A stretch of DNA of 32,000 bases from the NCBI GenBank assembly GCA_003194425.1, contig PQXB01000001.1, positions 1,112,728 through 1,144,727 on the forward strand, given 5' to 3'. The notes beneath the pieces are model-generated. The model ran no database searches, had not been told where the DNA came from, and saw only the letters and a list, made by a program, of their open reading frames with translations. Below are positions 14,860 through 23,800 of the stretch, one piece after another (positions within the stretch are counted from its first letter, which is position 1; each line of letters opens with the position of its first letter). A program made the translations under genes and the position numbers. Source of the DNA: Candidatus Methanophagaceae archaeon (GTDB taxonomy: Archaea > Halobacteriota > Syntropharchaeia > Alkanophagales > Methanospirareceae).

Positions 14860-17124
14860 GACTTTGTAGCCCGGTATTTTTTGCGGTCCCCTGTATTCTG
14901 TAGCCTTGGCAAGCTCCTTTAGGCATTCCGGGTTCTGTGCGGTGGTCATATCTCCGAGTGCTTCGTTCCGAACGAGACCCTTTAGAAATCGCCTTATTAT
15001 TTTCCCGCTCTCGGTCTTCGGCAGATCAGAAACATAGTAAGCGACCTCCGGAGTCGCCACCGGCCCCACCTTCTCCCGCACTGCCTTCACTATTTTCCTG
15101 TCCATTTCCGCTTTCTCTTTTTTATCTTTAAGCACGACGAAAAGAGCAGGCACCTCGCCTTTTATCGCGTTCGGCTTCCCGACAACTGCGACCTCCGCAA
15201 CCTCCTCCAAGCTACTTACCGCCTCCTCTACCTCGGCAGTGCCGAGCCTGTGCCCCGCGACTTCCATAACATCGTCAATCCTGCCAGTAATTTTTATCAG
15301 CGGCTGACCTCCGATTTCCCGCCCGATTTTTACTCCACCGTCACCCGCGAAATAAATCTCCGCACCGTATTCACTCCAGTATTCTCCCAAATATTTCGCG
15401 GGATTTTTGTAAATCCCCCTGAGCATAGAAGGAGCGTAAGGCGGTTTTACAACGAGGTACCCGGATTCTCCGACCTTCACCGGCTCTCCTGTCGCGTCCA
15501 AGACATCAAAACGCACTCCCGGCAGTGCAGGACCCGCAACGCCCGGAACGAACGGTCCTACGCCGGGAAGCGAGGACAAGAGAATTCCGCCGGTCTCGGT
15601 CTGCCAGTAAGTGTCCACCAAAGGACAGCGACGCTCTCCGATTTTCTCGAAAAACCACCGCCAAGTGTCAGGGTCGATTGGCTCGCCGACCGACGCCAAA
15701 AGTCGCAAGGACGAGAAGTCCCGCCCCGCGACCCATTTCTCGCCCGCGGCTCTTAACGCTCGCACTGCCGTCGGGGCGGTGTAAAAAACGGTTACTGCAT
15801 TTTCCTCAATTATTTTCCACCACCTGCTCGGGTTCGGGTAGTCCGGCGCACCCTCGTACCACAAAGTCGTCGCTCCAGCGAGCAACGGACCGTAAAGAGC
15901 GTAAGAATGCCCCGTTATCCAGCCAATGTCCGCGGTTGTCCAGAACAAGTCGGTGGGGTGCAGGTCGAAAACGAGTTTCATCGTCAACGCCACGCCAACG
16001 CTGTACGCCCCGCAGGAGTGCATTACCGCCTTCGGCTTGCCCGTCGTCCCAGAAGTGTAGAGCAGGAACGAAATGTCGTCAGAAGTGAGCGTCTCTGGGT
16101 CGCAGTAAGAAAAAGGCGTGTTTTTCATCAGTTCGTCGTAAAAGTAGTCTCTCCCTTCTTTCATCGCAACCTCGCCCTCGCCCTCTCCCTCGCCCTCGCC
16201 GCTGTCCTCTCCCTCGCCGCTGTCCTCTCCCTTTCCTTCACGCCCCTCGCGGTTCAGTCGCCGAACAACCACGCAACACTCTGCACCAACTTTCTCCAAA
16301 ACCGCACCCTCGTCAATCCGGTTTTTCAATTCTATCTTTTTCCCTCTTCGGTAGAAACCGTCTGCGGTGACAAGAATTTTGGAGCCCGCGTCTTCCATTC
16401 GCTCCCTAACCGCGTGAGGTGCAAATGCGGTGTAAACGATTGAGTGCAGCGCCCCAATTCGCTGGCAGGCTAAAGCGACCACTGCAGTCTCGGGAATCAT
16501 CGGCATCCAAACCGTCACGGGGCTTCCTTTCTTCACTCCGAGCCCCTTCAAAACATTTGCAAACTTGTTCACCTCCCTGTACAAGTCCAAGTAAGTCAAG
16601 ACCCTCTGTGGTTCGTTTTCGGGCTCAGGCACCCACAGAATCGCTGCCTCGTTCCGCCGCTCCTCCAAATGCCGGTCAAGGCAGTTGTAGGACAGGTTCG
16701 TCTTGCCACCCACGAACCACTTGAAATACGGCGGGTTCAGTTCCACGACCTTTCCTTCCTCTACTTTCTCTCCCTCCTTCCCTTCCTCTACTTTCTCTCC
16801 CTCCTTCCCTTCCTTCCTTTCCTCTCCTTCCTTCCCTTCCTCTACTTTCTCTCCCTCCTTTCCTTCCTTCCCCTCCTTCCTCCCCTCCCACACCTCAAAC
16901 CAGTCGATTAACGCCCTGCCCTGCTCTGCCCAGAAGCCTTCGGGGTCTCTGCTCGCCTCTTCGTAAATCCGCTCGTCGCTGAAGTACGCCTTCTCTTTCA
17001 TCTCCGCCGTCGGCCAGTACACTCTTCTGCTTTCACCGCCGTCCTCCTCCGTCGCTTCTTCCTTCTCCTCCGTCACCCACTGCTTCCCCGACTCCCTCAA
17101 CCTGCCTCCAACATTTACGCCCAT
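14857..17124 (-). CDS. acs: Acetyl-CoA synthetase (AMP-forming)
   Basis: 755 aa. YTSGTTGKPKAV, WQTETGG, PKTESGKIIRR. Two low-complexity insertions. Confidence 0.92.
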   Translation of the reverse strand: MGVNVGGRLRESGKQWVTEEKEEATEEDGGESRRVYWPTAEMKEKAYFSDERIYEEASRDPEGFWAEQGRALIDWFEVWEGRKEGKEGKEGEKVEEGKEGEERKEGKEGEKVEEGKEGEKVEEGKVVELNPPYFKWFVGGKTNLSYNCLDRHLEERRNEAAILWVPEPENEPQRVLTYLDLYREVNKFANVLKGLGVKKGSPVTVWMPMIPETAVVALACQRIGALHSIVYTAFAPHAVRERMEDAGSKILVTADGFYRRGKKIELKNRIDEGAVLEKVGAECCVVVRRLNREGREGKGEDSGEGEDSGEGEGEGEGEVAMKEGRDYFYDELMKNTPFSYCDPETLTSDDISFLLYTSGTTGKPKAVMHSCGAYSVGVALTMKLVFDLHPTDLFWTTADIGWITGHSYALYGPLLAGATTLWYEGAPDYPNPSRWWKIIEENAVTVFYTAPTAVRALRAAGEKWVAGRDFSSLRLLASVGEPIDPDTWRWFFEKIGERRCPLVDTYWQTETGGILLSSLPGVGPFVPGVAGPALPGVRFDVLDATGEPVKVGESGYLVVKPPYAPSMLRGIYKNPAKYLGEYWSEYGAEIYFAGDGGVKIGREIGGQPLIKITGRIDDVMEVAGHRLGTAEVEEAVSSLEEVAEVAVVGKPNAIKGEVPALFVVLKDKKEKAEMDRKIVKAVREKVGPVATPEVAYYVSDLPKTESGKIIRRFLKGLVRNEALGDMTTAQNPECLKELAKATEYRGPQKIPGYKV
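16171..16230. repeat. GE/DSGEGE-encoding repeat in acs, including an 18-nt x2 unit
   Basis: ctcgccgctgtcctctcc at 16195-16212 and again at 16213-16230. Confidence 0.85.
16750..16893. repeat. Polypyrimidine (plus strand) repeat tract of about 140 nt in acs
   Basis: Recurring cttcctctactttctctccctcctt. Encodes EGKEGKEGEKVEEGK-type repeats on the minus strand. Confidence 0.85.
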
Positions 17125-17141
17125 TTTCGCATTTTTTATGA

Positions 17142-17167
17142 TTTTTTGCTTTAATTTTTTGCTTTAA
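17142..17167. promoter_or_regulatory. 13-nt x2 tandem duplication (ttttttgctttaa) in the acs/pyrI divergent promoter
   Basis: Read directly. The CTTTAAT core of copy 2 lies 20-26 nt upstream of the pyrI ATG, so it is a TATA-box candidate. Confidence 0.4.
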
Positions 17168-17187
17168 TTTACTTTACATTTGCAATT

Positions 17188-17703
17188 ATGAAAAAAGAGT
17201 TGAAGGTAGTGCCGATAAAGAACGGGACGGTCATTGACCACATTTCAGCGGGGCAGGCGTTGAACGTGCTGCGGATTTTGGAAATAAACGCGAAGAACAC
17301 AAGGACAAGCACAAGGACGAGCACAAGGACGGGCGCGGCGGGTGGTGCGGTCGTGAGCGTGCTGATGAATGTGCGGAGCAAGAAAATGGGGCGGAAGGAC
17401 ATTGTAAAGGTGGAAGACCGGGAGTTAAAGTCGGAGGAGGTGGACAAAATCGCTCTAATCGCGCCGAACGCGAAAATAAACATTATTCGTGATTTTGAGG
17501 TAGTTGCAAAGCACAAGGTCTTCCTTCCAAACTCAATCGAGGGAATCATAAAATGCGCGAACCCTAACTGCATCTCCAACGCCGAGCAGGAGCCGGTTGT
17601 CTCAAGGTTCGTGACTGTTAGTGGTAGCCGCGGCGGGGTTCAACCGCGGTTCAGGTGCTTTTTCTGCGAGCGGTTGATCGAGGACGTGTCTGGGTATTTG
17701 TAA
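17188..17703 (+). CDS. pyrI: Aspartate carbamoyltransferase regulatory chain
   Basis: [24 protein letters not shown], Zn-site cysteines CANPNC...CFFC. Insertion [17 protein letters not shown]. Confidence 0.9.
   Translation: MKKELKVVPIKNGTVIDHISAGQALNVLRILEINAKNTRTSTRTSTRTGAAGGAVVSVLMNVRSKKMGRKDIVKVEDRELKSEEVDKIALIAPNAKINIIRDFEVVAKHKVFLPNSIEGIIKCANPNCISNAEQEPVVSRFVTVSGSRGGVQPRFRCFFCERLIEDVSGYL
17299..17334. repeat. 12-nt x3 tandem repeat (acaaggacRRgc) in pyrI, encodes (TRTS)n
   Basis: Read directly, in frame. Confidence 0.9.
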
Positions 17704-17754
17704 CCTTAAGTTCAATTTTAATAGGCATTGCCAATATTATTTGAGGTGGTGAAA

Positions 17755-18042
17755 ATGGCAGCAGAGTTAGTGATTAAAATACCAGAGAGCAAGTTAACCG
17801 AAGGAGATGTTTTAGAGTTGGGCAGGAAAGCGAATGAGGAAATTATTCTTTTTTGCCCCAGACCTGACCGTTTTCCTCCCTTCATTGTCGAATTAGAACC
17901 ACTGCTCGATTCTCTTCTGCCTCGTCTGCCGTGCCGTCTGCGAAATCTTCTCCAAGACCTTGCTCACTCGCTCTACCGAGAAGTCGTGCTCCTCGCAGAG
18001 AAACTCCTTCACCCGCTCCGCCTCAACCGCCCCCCAGTTTAG
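17755..18042 (+). CDS. Possible small SpoVT/AbrB-like ORF (doubtful)
   Basis: Strong SD gaggtggtga 4 nt before ATG 17755. The N-terminus LVIKIPESKLTEGDVLELGRKANEEIILF resembles an AbrB-type swapped hairpin. The last 150 nt are antisense to the FEN1 3' end. Confidence 0.2.
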   Translation: MAAELVIKIPESKLTEGDVLELGRKANEEIILFCPRPDRFPPFIVELEPLLDSLLPRLPCRLRNLLQDLAHSLYREVVLLAEKLLHPLRLNRPPV

Positions 18043-18936
18043 TTCGTAAGTCTCGCTAACCTCGGGCTGCAGGAAAATCTTCCGAACGAGTTCGTAGTTC
18101 TCCACTAATTCCTCAAGGGCGTGGTGCTGTTGCTTCTGCGTTTGTTGCTTCTGCGTTTGTTGCTTCTGCGTTTGCTTCTGCGTTTTCACGAGTTTCAAGG
18201 CTCTCTTGACACCGACGCCTTTAACGCCGGGGTTGAAGTCGGTGCCGACCAAAATTGCGAGGTCAACGAGCTGCTCACGGGTCAGCCCGAGCCGCTCCTC
18301 GACCGCTCGCAGTTCAACGACCTCGAGCGCTGCCTTTCTTCTCGGTGCGCCAGCTGCGGTGAGATTTCGGACTACAACTGGTGCGCCGAAGAGCAGCGAG
18401 TCGTAGTCCTGCGAGGAGACGAGTTCGGCGTCGCCCCGCTGAACCAAGAAAGCCGCCTGAGCCTCGCCCTCTCCGGCTGCCTGCACGCAGGGGACGCCGA
18501 GGTAGGTTAAAAGCCTCTTCGCGTCCTCAACGACCGCTGCGTCTACTTTCGCGGACGCCTGGGCGTACTTGAAGGATTTCTCTGGCTCTTCAGGAAAGAG
18601 AACCTTCGCCTCCTCCCACTTCCGCAACGCCTCCGCTCTCCGCTCCGCCCTCGCTTTAAGAACCTCCGCCTTCAACTCCGACGGCTTGCCGTCAAAGACG
18701 AAGACGAGTTTTAACCCCTTCGCCACGAGGTGGGTAGTGCGGTAAATCAGGCCCGAGAGGTGCGAGGTCGTTCTGCCTGCGGAGTCGGTGAGTGGCGTTC
18801 CGTCGGGCTGCCGAATCGTGCTCAGGAATTGGTAGAGCGTGTTCTGTGCGTCGACCGCGACTACTCTGCCCGTGAGTGCTTCCAAGCTCGTCGGTCTTGA
18901 CCCTGCTCTAATTATTTCGCCAATCTTTGCCCCCAT
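17893..18936 (-). CDS. fen: Flap endonuclease 1
   Basis: The listed ORF was trimmed to the ATG at 18936. MGAKIGEII...VAVDAQNTLYQFLSTIRQPDGTPLTDSAGRTTSHLSGL...VFVFDGKP. Insertion TQKQTQKQQTQKQQTQKQQ. Confidence 0.9.
   Translation of the reverse strand: MGAKIGEIIRAGSRPTSLEALTGRVVAVDAQNTLYQFLSTIRQPDGTPLTDSAGRTTSHLSGLIYRTTHLVAKGLKLVFVFDGKPSELKAEVLKARAERRAEALRKWEEAKVLFPEEPEKSFKYAQASAKVDAAVVEDAKRLLTYLGVPCVQAAGEGEAQAAFLVQRGDAELVSSQDYDSLLFGAPVVVRNLTAAGAPRRKAALEVVELRAVEERLGLTREQLVDLAILVGTDFNPGVKGVGVKRALKLVKTQKQTQKQQTQKQQTQKQQHHALEELVENYELVRKIFLQPEVSETYELNWGAVEAERVKEFLCEEHDFSVERVSKVLEKISQTARQTRQKRIEQWF
18129..18186. repeat. 15-nt tandem repeat (gttgcttctgcgttt, 3 copies plus a partial) in fen
   Basis: Read directly, in frame on the minus strand. 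Confidence 0.9.
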
Positions 18937-18944
18937 TCTTTTAT

Positions 18945-18952
18945 TTTTATAA
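18945..18952. promoter_or_regulatory. TATA-like box (ttttataa) in the fen/rpl11 divergent spacer
   Basis: AT-rich 44-nt spacer. The box lies about 30 nt upstream of the rpl11 ATG. Confidence 0.3.
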
Positions 18953-18980
18953 TCTTGTGAGTTAATTAAAAACACGAAAA

Positions 18981-19451
18981 ATGAATGTCGTTGAAGTGTT
19001 AGTAGAGGGGGGGAAAGCGAGCGCGGGACCGCCGTTAGGTCCTGCACTGGGTCCGCTTGGGGTGAGCATAAAAGAGGTAGTGGAGCGGATAAACGAGCTG
19101 ACACGGGATTTTGCAGGAATGAAAGTGCCTGTGAAGGTGACGGTCGTCGCTGCAGGGAAAGCAGAAATAACAGTGGGCACACCACCGACCGCGGCACTGC
19201 TAAAGAAGGAGTTAGGGATTGAGAAGGCGAAGACCGACTCCACAACCGATTTTGTCGGAGACATTTCGTTGGAGCAAGTAAAAGCAGTGGCGAAGAAGAA
19301 GCGAGAGGGAATGCTGGCAGCCTCGTTAAAAAGCGCGGTTAAAGAGGTCCTCGGCACCTGCGTCTCGATGCGTGTTAAGGTGGAGGGCAAAGAGGCGAAA
19401 GAGGTGCAGAGGGAGATTGAGGAAGGCAAATTTGACGAGACATTCTCTTGA
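18981..19451 (+). CDS. rpl11: 50S ribosomal protein uL11
   Basis: VEVLVEGGKASAGPPLGPALGPLGV and the rest match the family. Confidence 0.95.
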   Translation: MNVVEVLVEGGKASAGPPLGPALGPLGVSIKEVVERINELTRDFAGMKVPVKVTVVAAGKAEITVGTPPTAALLKKELGIEKAKTDSTTDFVGDISLEQVKAVAKKKREGMLAASLKSAVKEVLGTCVSMRVKVEGKEAKEVQREIEEGKFDETFS

Positions 19452-19496
19452 AAAGTTTAAGAAAAGTTTTATCAAAAGAGAAAATTTGTAAAGAAA

Positions 19497-20126
19497 GTGC
19501 AAATGGAAGCAGAAGAGATTGTAGGGGCAGTGGAAGAGGCTGTGGGGTCGCGAGAGCGGGGGTTTGTTGAGACTGTCGACCTCTGCATAAACTTGAAGAA
19601 TTTGGATTTGAAACAGCCGAAGAACCGAATTAGCGTGGATGTGGTTCTGCCAAAGAAGTTCAGGGAGCTGAAGATTGGGGCGTTCGCGTCCGGTGAGGTT
19701 GCGTTGAAGGCGAAAGAGGCGGGTGCGGAGGTGCTTGACCCCGAGGAGTTGAAGCGAATGGACAAGAAGAAGGCGAGGGAGCTGGTGAATAAATACGATT
19801 ATTTCGTTGCCGAAGCGTCGCTGATGGCTCTTGTGGGCAGGAGTTTGGGCACGATTTTGGGCCCGCGGGGCAAGATGCCTGAAGCAATTCCGCCAGGGGC
19901 AGACCCTGCACAAATCCTCTCGCGGCTGCAGAGAATTGCGAGGGTGAAGTCGAAGACCGCGGTGCTGTGGGTGAGTGTGGGTCGCAAAAATATGGCTGCT
20001 GGCGAGATTGCAGAGAACGCGGCTGCGGTGCTAAAGGCGGTAGAGTCGCGGCTCGAGCGCGGGTGGCAGAACATCGGCTCTGTTTTTATGAAGACTACGA
20101 TGGGACGGGCAGTGAAGGTGGTGTAA
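19497..20126 (+). CDS. rpl1: 50S ribosomal protein uL1
   Basis: FVETVDLCINLKNLDLKQPKNRI...GPRGKMP. The start may be the ATG at 19503 rather than the GTG at 19497. Confidence 0.92.
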   Translation: MQMEAEEIVGAVEEAVGSRERGFVETVDLCINLKNLDLKQPKNRISVDVVLPKKFRELKIGAFASGEVALKAKEAGAEVLDPEELKRMDKKKARELVNKYDYFVAEASLMALVGRSLGTILGPRGKMPEAIPPGADPAQILSRLQRIARVKSKTAVLWVSVGRKNMAAGEIAENAAAVLKAVESRLERGWQNIGSVFMKTTMGRAVKVV

Positions 20127-20175
20127 GAGATTCTCGAAGAAAACGACGCTGCGACGCGACGAGTTCGCTGCGAGT

Positions 20176-21423
20176 TCAAATCAAGAACCTCGCGAGACTG
20201 TAGAGGAATCTCGAATTCCTTTTTATCACTTCCCTCATAAACGCTCGCTCGCTGTACTCTTTCATTCTAACCTCCCCATCCAAAGCCTGAAAAAAACGAG
20301 CCAGCTCTTGGCTGCTCAGTCCCAACACAACATTTTTCATTTTTAGCCCCACCCACAAGACCCTGCCAAACTCCTTTCTCCACCTCTTCTCGTACTCTCG
20401 CAGCCTCCTCTTAGAGAAGTTCTTTTCACGCACAGCCTTTGCAACGACCTCGCCCGCAATCTCGCCTGCCTGGATCGCGTACAAAATCCCACCTCCTGTA
20501 AACGGGTTGACGTGCCTCGCAGCGTCGCCTACCAAAACAAGCCCGTCTGCTGTCGTCTCACGAAGCGGACCGCTCAGTGGCACGGCACCGCAAATCTCTG
20601 CCACCACTTTCCCTGCTCCGTCTGGAAACCTCTCTCTCACGAAAGCCCGCAGGTAGTCAAACGCACGGTGCTTCTCGCCTGACACGTCGCCGCCAATTCC
20701 GACCCCCACGTTCGCACAGTCGCCCCCTTTTGGAAAGACCCAAGCGTAGCCTTTCGGTGCAATTTCGTCGCCAAAAAAGAGCTCGCAGTAGTCCCTGTTA
20801 AATTCAATTCCGCAGATTAAAAACTCCGCACAGGTCGCAACTTCGGAAGGTCGCAGCCGCGTCTCGATCCCCGCCCACCTGCCTACTCTCGACTCCACGC
20901 CGTCTGCAGCCACAACAACATCTGCAGAAATGCGAACTCCCTCGCCTTCTCCTGCCTCTGCACTTCTTCCTGCCTCGGTACTCCTCGCGTAAACGCCCTT
21001 CACAGTCCCTGCACCTCCCTCACTCGTTCCCACTCCCGCCTCACGAACCAACCCGCAAGCCTGCGTTCTCACTCGCACCTCTGCACCTGCGTCCGCCGCC
21101 TGTTGTGCCAGAAACCTGTCAAACAGCCTCCGATCAAGCACGTAGCCAGCCTCTGCTGTTCCTTCACCAGTCAAGACAAACTTCGTACCGTTAGGACCGT
21201 AAGTAGTAATCCCGCTCACTCCAGCGCAGACCCACTTACGGTCAACCTCAACGAACCGCTCCAGCTCCTTGCTCACGCCCTCGGCACATTTCACAGGCGT
21301 GCCGATTTCCGCGTTCCGCTCGATTAAAAGAACCTCTGCTCCTCTCTCTGCAGCTGTCTTCGCTGCCACGCTGCCTGCCGGTCCTGCCCCTACTACTACT
21401 ACCTCGTACTTTTCTTTTCTCAT
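20176..21423 (-). CDS. Geranylgeranyl reductase family flavoprotein
   Basis: YEVVVVGAGPAGSVAAKTAAERGAEVLLIER FAD fold, GDAARHVNPFTGGGI. Its start overlaps the upstream stop (ATGA). Confidence 0.85.
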   Translation of the reverse strand: MRKEKYEVVVVGAGPAGSVAAKTAAERGAEVLLIERNAEIGTPVKCAEGVSKELERFVEVDRKWVCAGVSGITTYGPNGTKFVLTGEGTAEAGYVLDRRLFDRFLAQQAADAGAEVRVRTQACGLVREAGVGTSEGGAGTVKGVYARSTEAGRSAEAGEGEGVRISADVVVAADGVESRVGRWAGIETRLRPSEVATCAEFLICGIEFNRDYCELFFGDEIAPKGYAWVFPKGGDCANVGVGIGGDVSGEKHRAFDYLRAFVRERFPDGAGKVVAEICGAVPLSGPLRETTADGLVLVGDAARHVNPFTGGGILYAIQAGEIAGEVVAKAVREKNFSKRRLREYEKRWRKEFGRVLWVGLKMKNVVLGLSSQELARFFQALDGEVRMKEYSERAFMREVIKRNSRFLYSLARFLI

Positions 21424-22133
21424 TTTCCTAAACCTCTAACAACGAACAAAACGCCCAAGACAACCAAAAAGACCGCGACAACGAGCATTGCCAACTCGTA
21501 CCTCCTGCCGACAAAGAAATTCCTTCCCCTCGCGAAAGAGACGGAGACGAATGAGTACCACGCAAAATCTGAGAGAAAATGCCCAAAAACTACTAAAACA
21601 ATTCCCTTCAGTGCGAGCCACTTAAACCCGCTCAAGAGCACCGGGTAGCCCACTGCAAACCACCACGGAAGAAAAGAAGGGTTTAGAGCAGTAAGCAGGA
21701 AACCCCCGAAAATTGTACTGTTGTACTTCCTCTCCCCCTCCCGCTCTCTCTCCTTCTCCCACTCTCTCTCATTCTCCCGCTCCTTTTCTCGCACCTTGCT
21801 CGCTCTTGACCTTGCCTCCCGTGACTCTTTAACAACAAAGAAAGACATCAAAATAAGTGCAACGCCGCCCAGCAAGAAAATCCAGCGTTCAAACTGTCCG
21901 AAATATTTCTCCAACTCAAGCCCCAAAACTACAAGCCCCACAATCAGCGGTAACTCAACCGAGAAGTGCCCAATCATTGTAAGCGGTCCTGAGAGCGCTC
22001 CCTTCTCCCCTTTCTTCAGCGTCTCCGAGACGACAAAAGCAAAGAGCGGTCCCGGAATTAACGCCCCGCTCAGTCCTGTCAGAAATCCTACGCCTACCAG
22101 AGACGCCCCGATGACGAGTGCCGAAGGTGTCAT
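21420..22133 (-). CDS. LysE/RhtB-type translocator family membrane protein
   Basis: Trimmed to the ATG at 22133 (MTPSALVIGASLVGVGFLTGLSGALIPGPLFAFV). The central loop carries an ER-rich insertion (about nt 21725-21800). Confidence 0.6.
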   Translation of the reverse strand: MTPSALVIGASLVGVGFLTGLSGALIPGPLFAFVVSETLKKGEKGALSGPLTMIGHFSVELPLIVGLVVLGLELEKYFGQFERWIFLLGGVALILMSFFVVKESREARSRASKVREKERENEREWEKEREREGERKYNSTIFGGFLLTALNPSFLPWWFAVGYPVLLSGFKWLALKGIVLVVFGHFLSDFAWYSFVSVSFARGRNFFVGRRYELAMLVVAVFLVVLGVLFVVRGLGK

Positions 22134-22210
22134 TTTTATTTGATTTTTAGCAGATAAAGTAAAGAAAGAGAAAAAGATAAGAATAAGAAGAGCGAAGGAA
22201 AGACAGAAAG

Positions 22211-22378
22211 ATGAAAATCCTAAGGTTAGTGGTGCTGGCGGTGGTTGGACTCTTCTTCTTGCTACCCATTCTCTACGGAAGTGCGCCACTTCCAGAGAAC
22301 CTCTCACCCTCTGAGATCGGCGATTTCCTCGCAGGCTACCTGCGTTACTGGCTGGCTGCGTTGAGAAGGCTGTTTTAG
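22211..22378 (+). CDS. Candidate 55-aa small membrane/secreted protein
   Basis: MKILRLVVLAVVGLFFLLPILYGSAPLPENLSPSEIGDFLAGYLRYWLAALRRLF. It is below the ORF-track length cut-off and I translated it by hand. Confidence 0.3.
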   Translation: MKILRLVVLAVVGLFFLLPILYGSAPLPENLSPSEIGDFLAGYLRYWLAALRRLF

Positions 22379-22382
22379 TTTG

Positions 22383-22877
22383 TTACTCAAACCTTGAACC
22401 AAGCCTTCCTAAAATAGTTGTAGCAAGCACCACCACCACGCTCAAGAGAGCCAAGAACAAGTAATTCACGCAAAACCGCCCGAAAAAAAAGAATTCTATT
22501 AAAATCATACTGCCTGCGAAAACTCCAGTTAACGCCGAGGCGGAGATAAAATAGGTAAGAACTTTCTCGCTGAACTTGAAGTCGTCTACTTCTCTAAAGT
22601 TCTGTCCAAGACCCCTTACTCTACGGCGGTGGTAAATACCTCTGATTGATTCTACAGCGATTTTACTCGCCCAGAGGTAGCCCGCAAAGACCAACAAGTC
22701 GTGCAGAAAGGCAAGACGAAAGTGAGTGAAAGAACAAAGAGCAAAAATGTAAAGGGCAATTCCTAAAAGACGGCAGCACCTTTCAAACGCACTCATCTCC
22801 GCCGAGCGTCCAAACTTTACTCTCGCCTGGTGCATAAACTCCTGCTTGAACGCCTCCAAAAATCCGCTCTCTTTCAT
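22383..22877 (-). CDS. Hypothetical membrane protein
   Basis: 164 aa with about 4 hydrophobic helices. I recognise no family. Confidence 0.55.
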   Translation of the reverse strand: MKESGFLEAFKQEFMHQARVKFGRSAEMSAFERCCRLLGIALYIFALCSFTHFRLAFLHDLLVFAGYLWASKIAVESIRGIYHRRRVRGLGQNFREVDDFKFSEKVLTYFISASALTGVFAGSMILIEFFFFGRFCVNYLFLALLSVVVVLATTILGRLGSRFE

Positions 22878-22950
22878 CTAACTACAAAATACAAAGTTTA
22901 AGGTATTTTTATACGAATATAAATCTCTTAATTAAGAAAAGGAGAGAAAA

Positions 22951-23517
22951 ATGGAACTCGAAGTAAAAGCGTTTCCGAAACTGCTCGTCCGACCTGTGGT
23001 GGTCGTTACGACGATTTCGGAGCGAGGAGTGCCGAACGCAGCGCCGTTCAGTTTAAACACGCCGGTAAGTTTTGAACCGCCGTTGTACGGGTTTTCGTGC
23101 AGCCCCGCACACGACACTTGGAGGAACATTCAGGCGAACCGCGAGTTCGTGGTGAATGTTGCAGGGAAGGACTTCGGCGAGTTGATGGAAGTTCTGGAGA
23201 CCGATTTTCCGTACGAGGAGAACGAGTTAGAGCACGCAGGGCTGACCGAGGAGCAGGCGAAGACGGTGAAGCCGCCGAGGATAAAAGAGGCGGTGGCGTG
23301 GCTTGAGTGCAAATTTGAGAAGGGCGTAGAGCTGGGAAACCACATTTGGATAACTGGCAGGGTGCTGGCTGTCGGCGTGCAGGACGGGTTTTGGAAGGCA
23401 GAGGCAGAAGGAAAAGGAGAGTTAGACTTGGAGAAAGCGAAACCGCTTTGCCACGTTGCCGGGGAGTTCTTCGCCGTTGATGTGAAGGAGGCGAAATACA
23501 AGCGAGCGAAAAAATAA
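22951..23517 (+). CDS. Flavin reductase-like FMN-binding domain protein
   Basis: RPVVVVTTISERGVPNAAPFS...REFVVNV...IKEAVAWLECK. SD aaaggagag. Confidence 0.8.
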   Translation: MELEVKAFPKLLVRPVVVVTTISERGVPNAAPFSLNTPVSFEPPLYGFSCSPAHDTWRNIQANREFVVNVAGKDFGELMEVLETDFPYEENELEHAGLTEEQAKTVKPPRIKEAVAWLECKFEKGVELGNHIWITGRVLAVGVQDGFWKAEAEGKGELDLEKAKPLCHVAGEFFAVDVKEAKYKRAKK

Positions 23518-23741
23518 AAAAAGATGAGAGCAGGAATTAAGGCTTGTGCGTGAAGAAGAGAAAGAGACAAAGACCGAGACCCAAGTTCTCTGTTTATAAG
23601 AACGCGGTACATTTCTTCTCCTCTCAACCAACCCTAATTCGTCAAATGTCTGCTCCTCCCCTTTCAGTCCGCTCAATTCTTCCCACACTTCCGATGAGAC
23701 CTGTATTCTCTTTGCGGTTGCCCTCTTAAATCCTCCTCATT

Positions 23742-23778
23742 AAAAAAACAAAAAAGGGGACAAAAAAGAAATCCCCCC
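23742..23778 (-). terminator. Hairpin plus oligo-T terminator candidate
   Basis: The minus strand reads GGGGA-N11-TCCCC followed by TTTTTTGTTTTTTT, 23-59 nt downstream of the stop of the 23801..24352 gene. Confidence 0.35.
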
Positions 23779-23800
23779 AAACTTTTTATAGTCCTTTTCT

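Noticed and set aside
18981-20126. Absence of L10/L12 after rpl11-rpl1, and of pyrB next to pyrI, as anomalies.
   Set aside because: Unlinked arrangements of these genes are known in some archaea (for example pyrB and pyrI in Methanocaldococcus). That is not enough to flag more than ordinary operon reshuffling.
20127-20175. A hairpin terminator between rpl1 and the reductase gene.
   Set aside because: The apparent symmetry (cgctgcga ... cgctgcga) is a direct repeat, not an inverted one, and I could not pair a convincing stem.
23518-23800. ORFs 23544..23729(+) and 23422..23688(-) in the 283-nt spacer as genes.
   Set aside because: They have no SD or start context and basic or proline-rich composition with no motifs. 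One overlaps the flavin reductase 3' end. The region is better explained as terminator/spacer.
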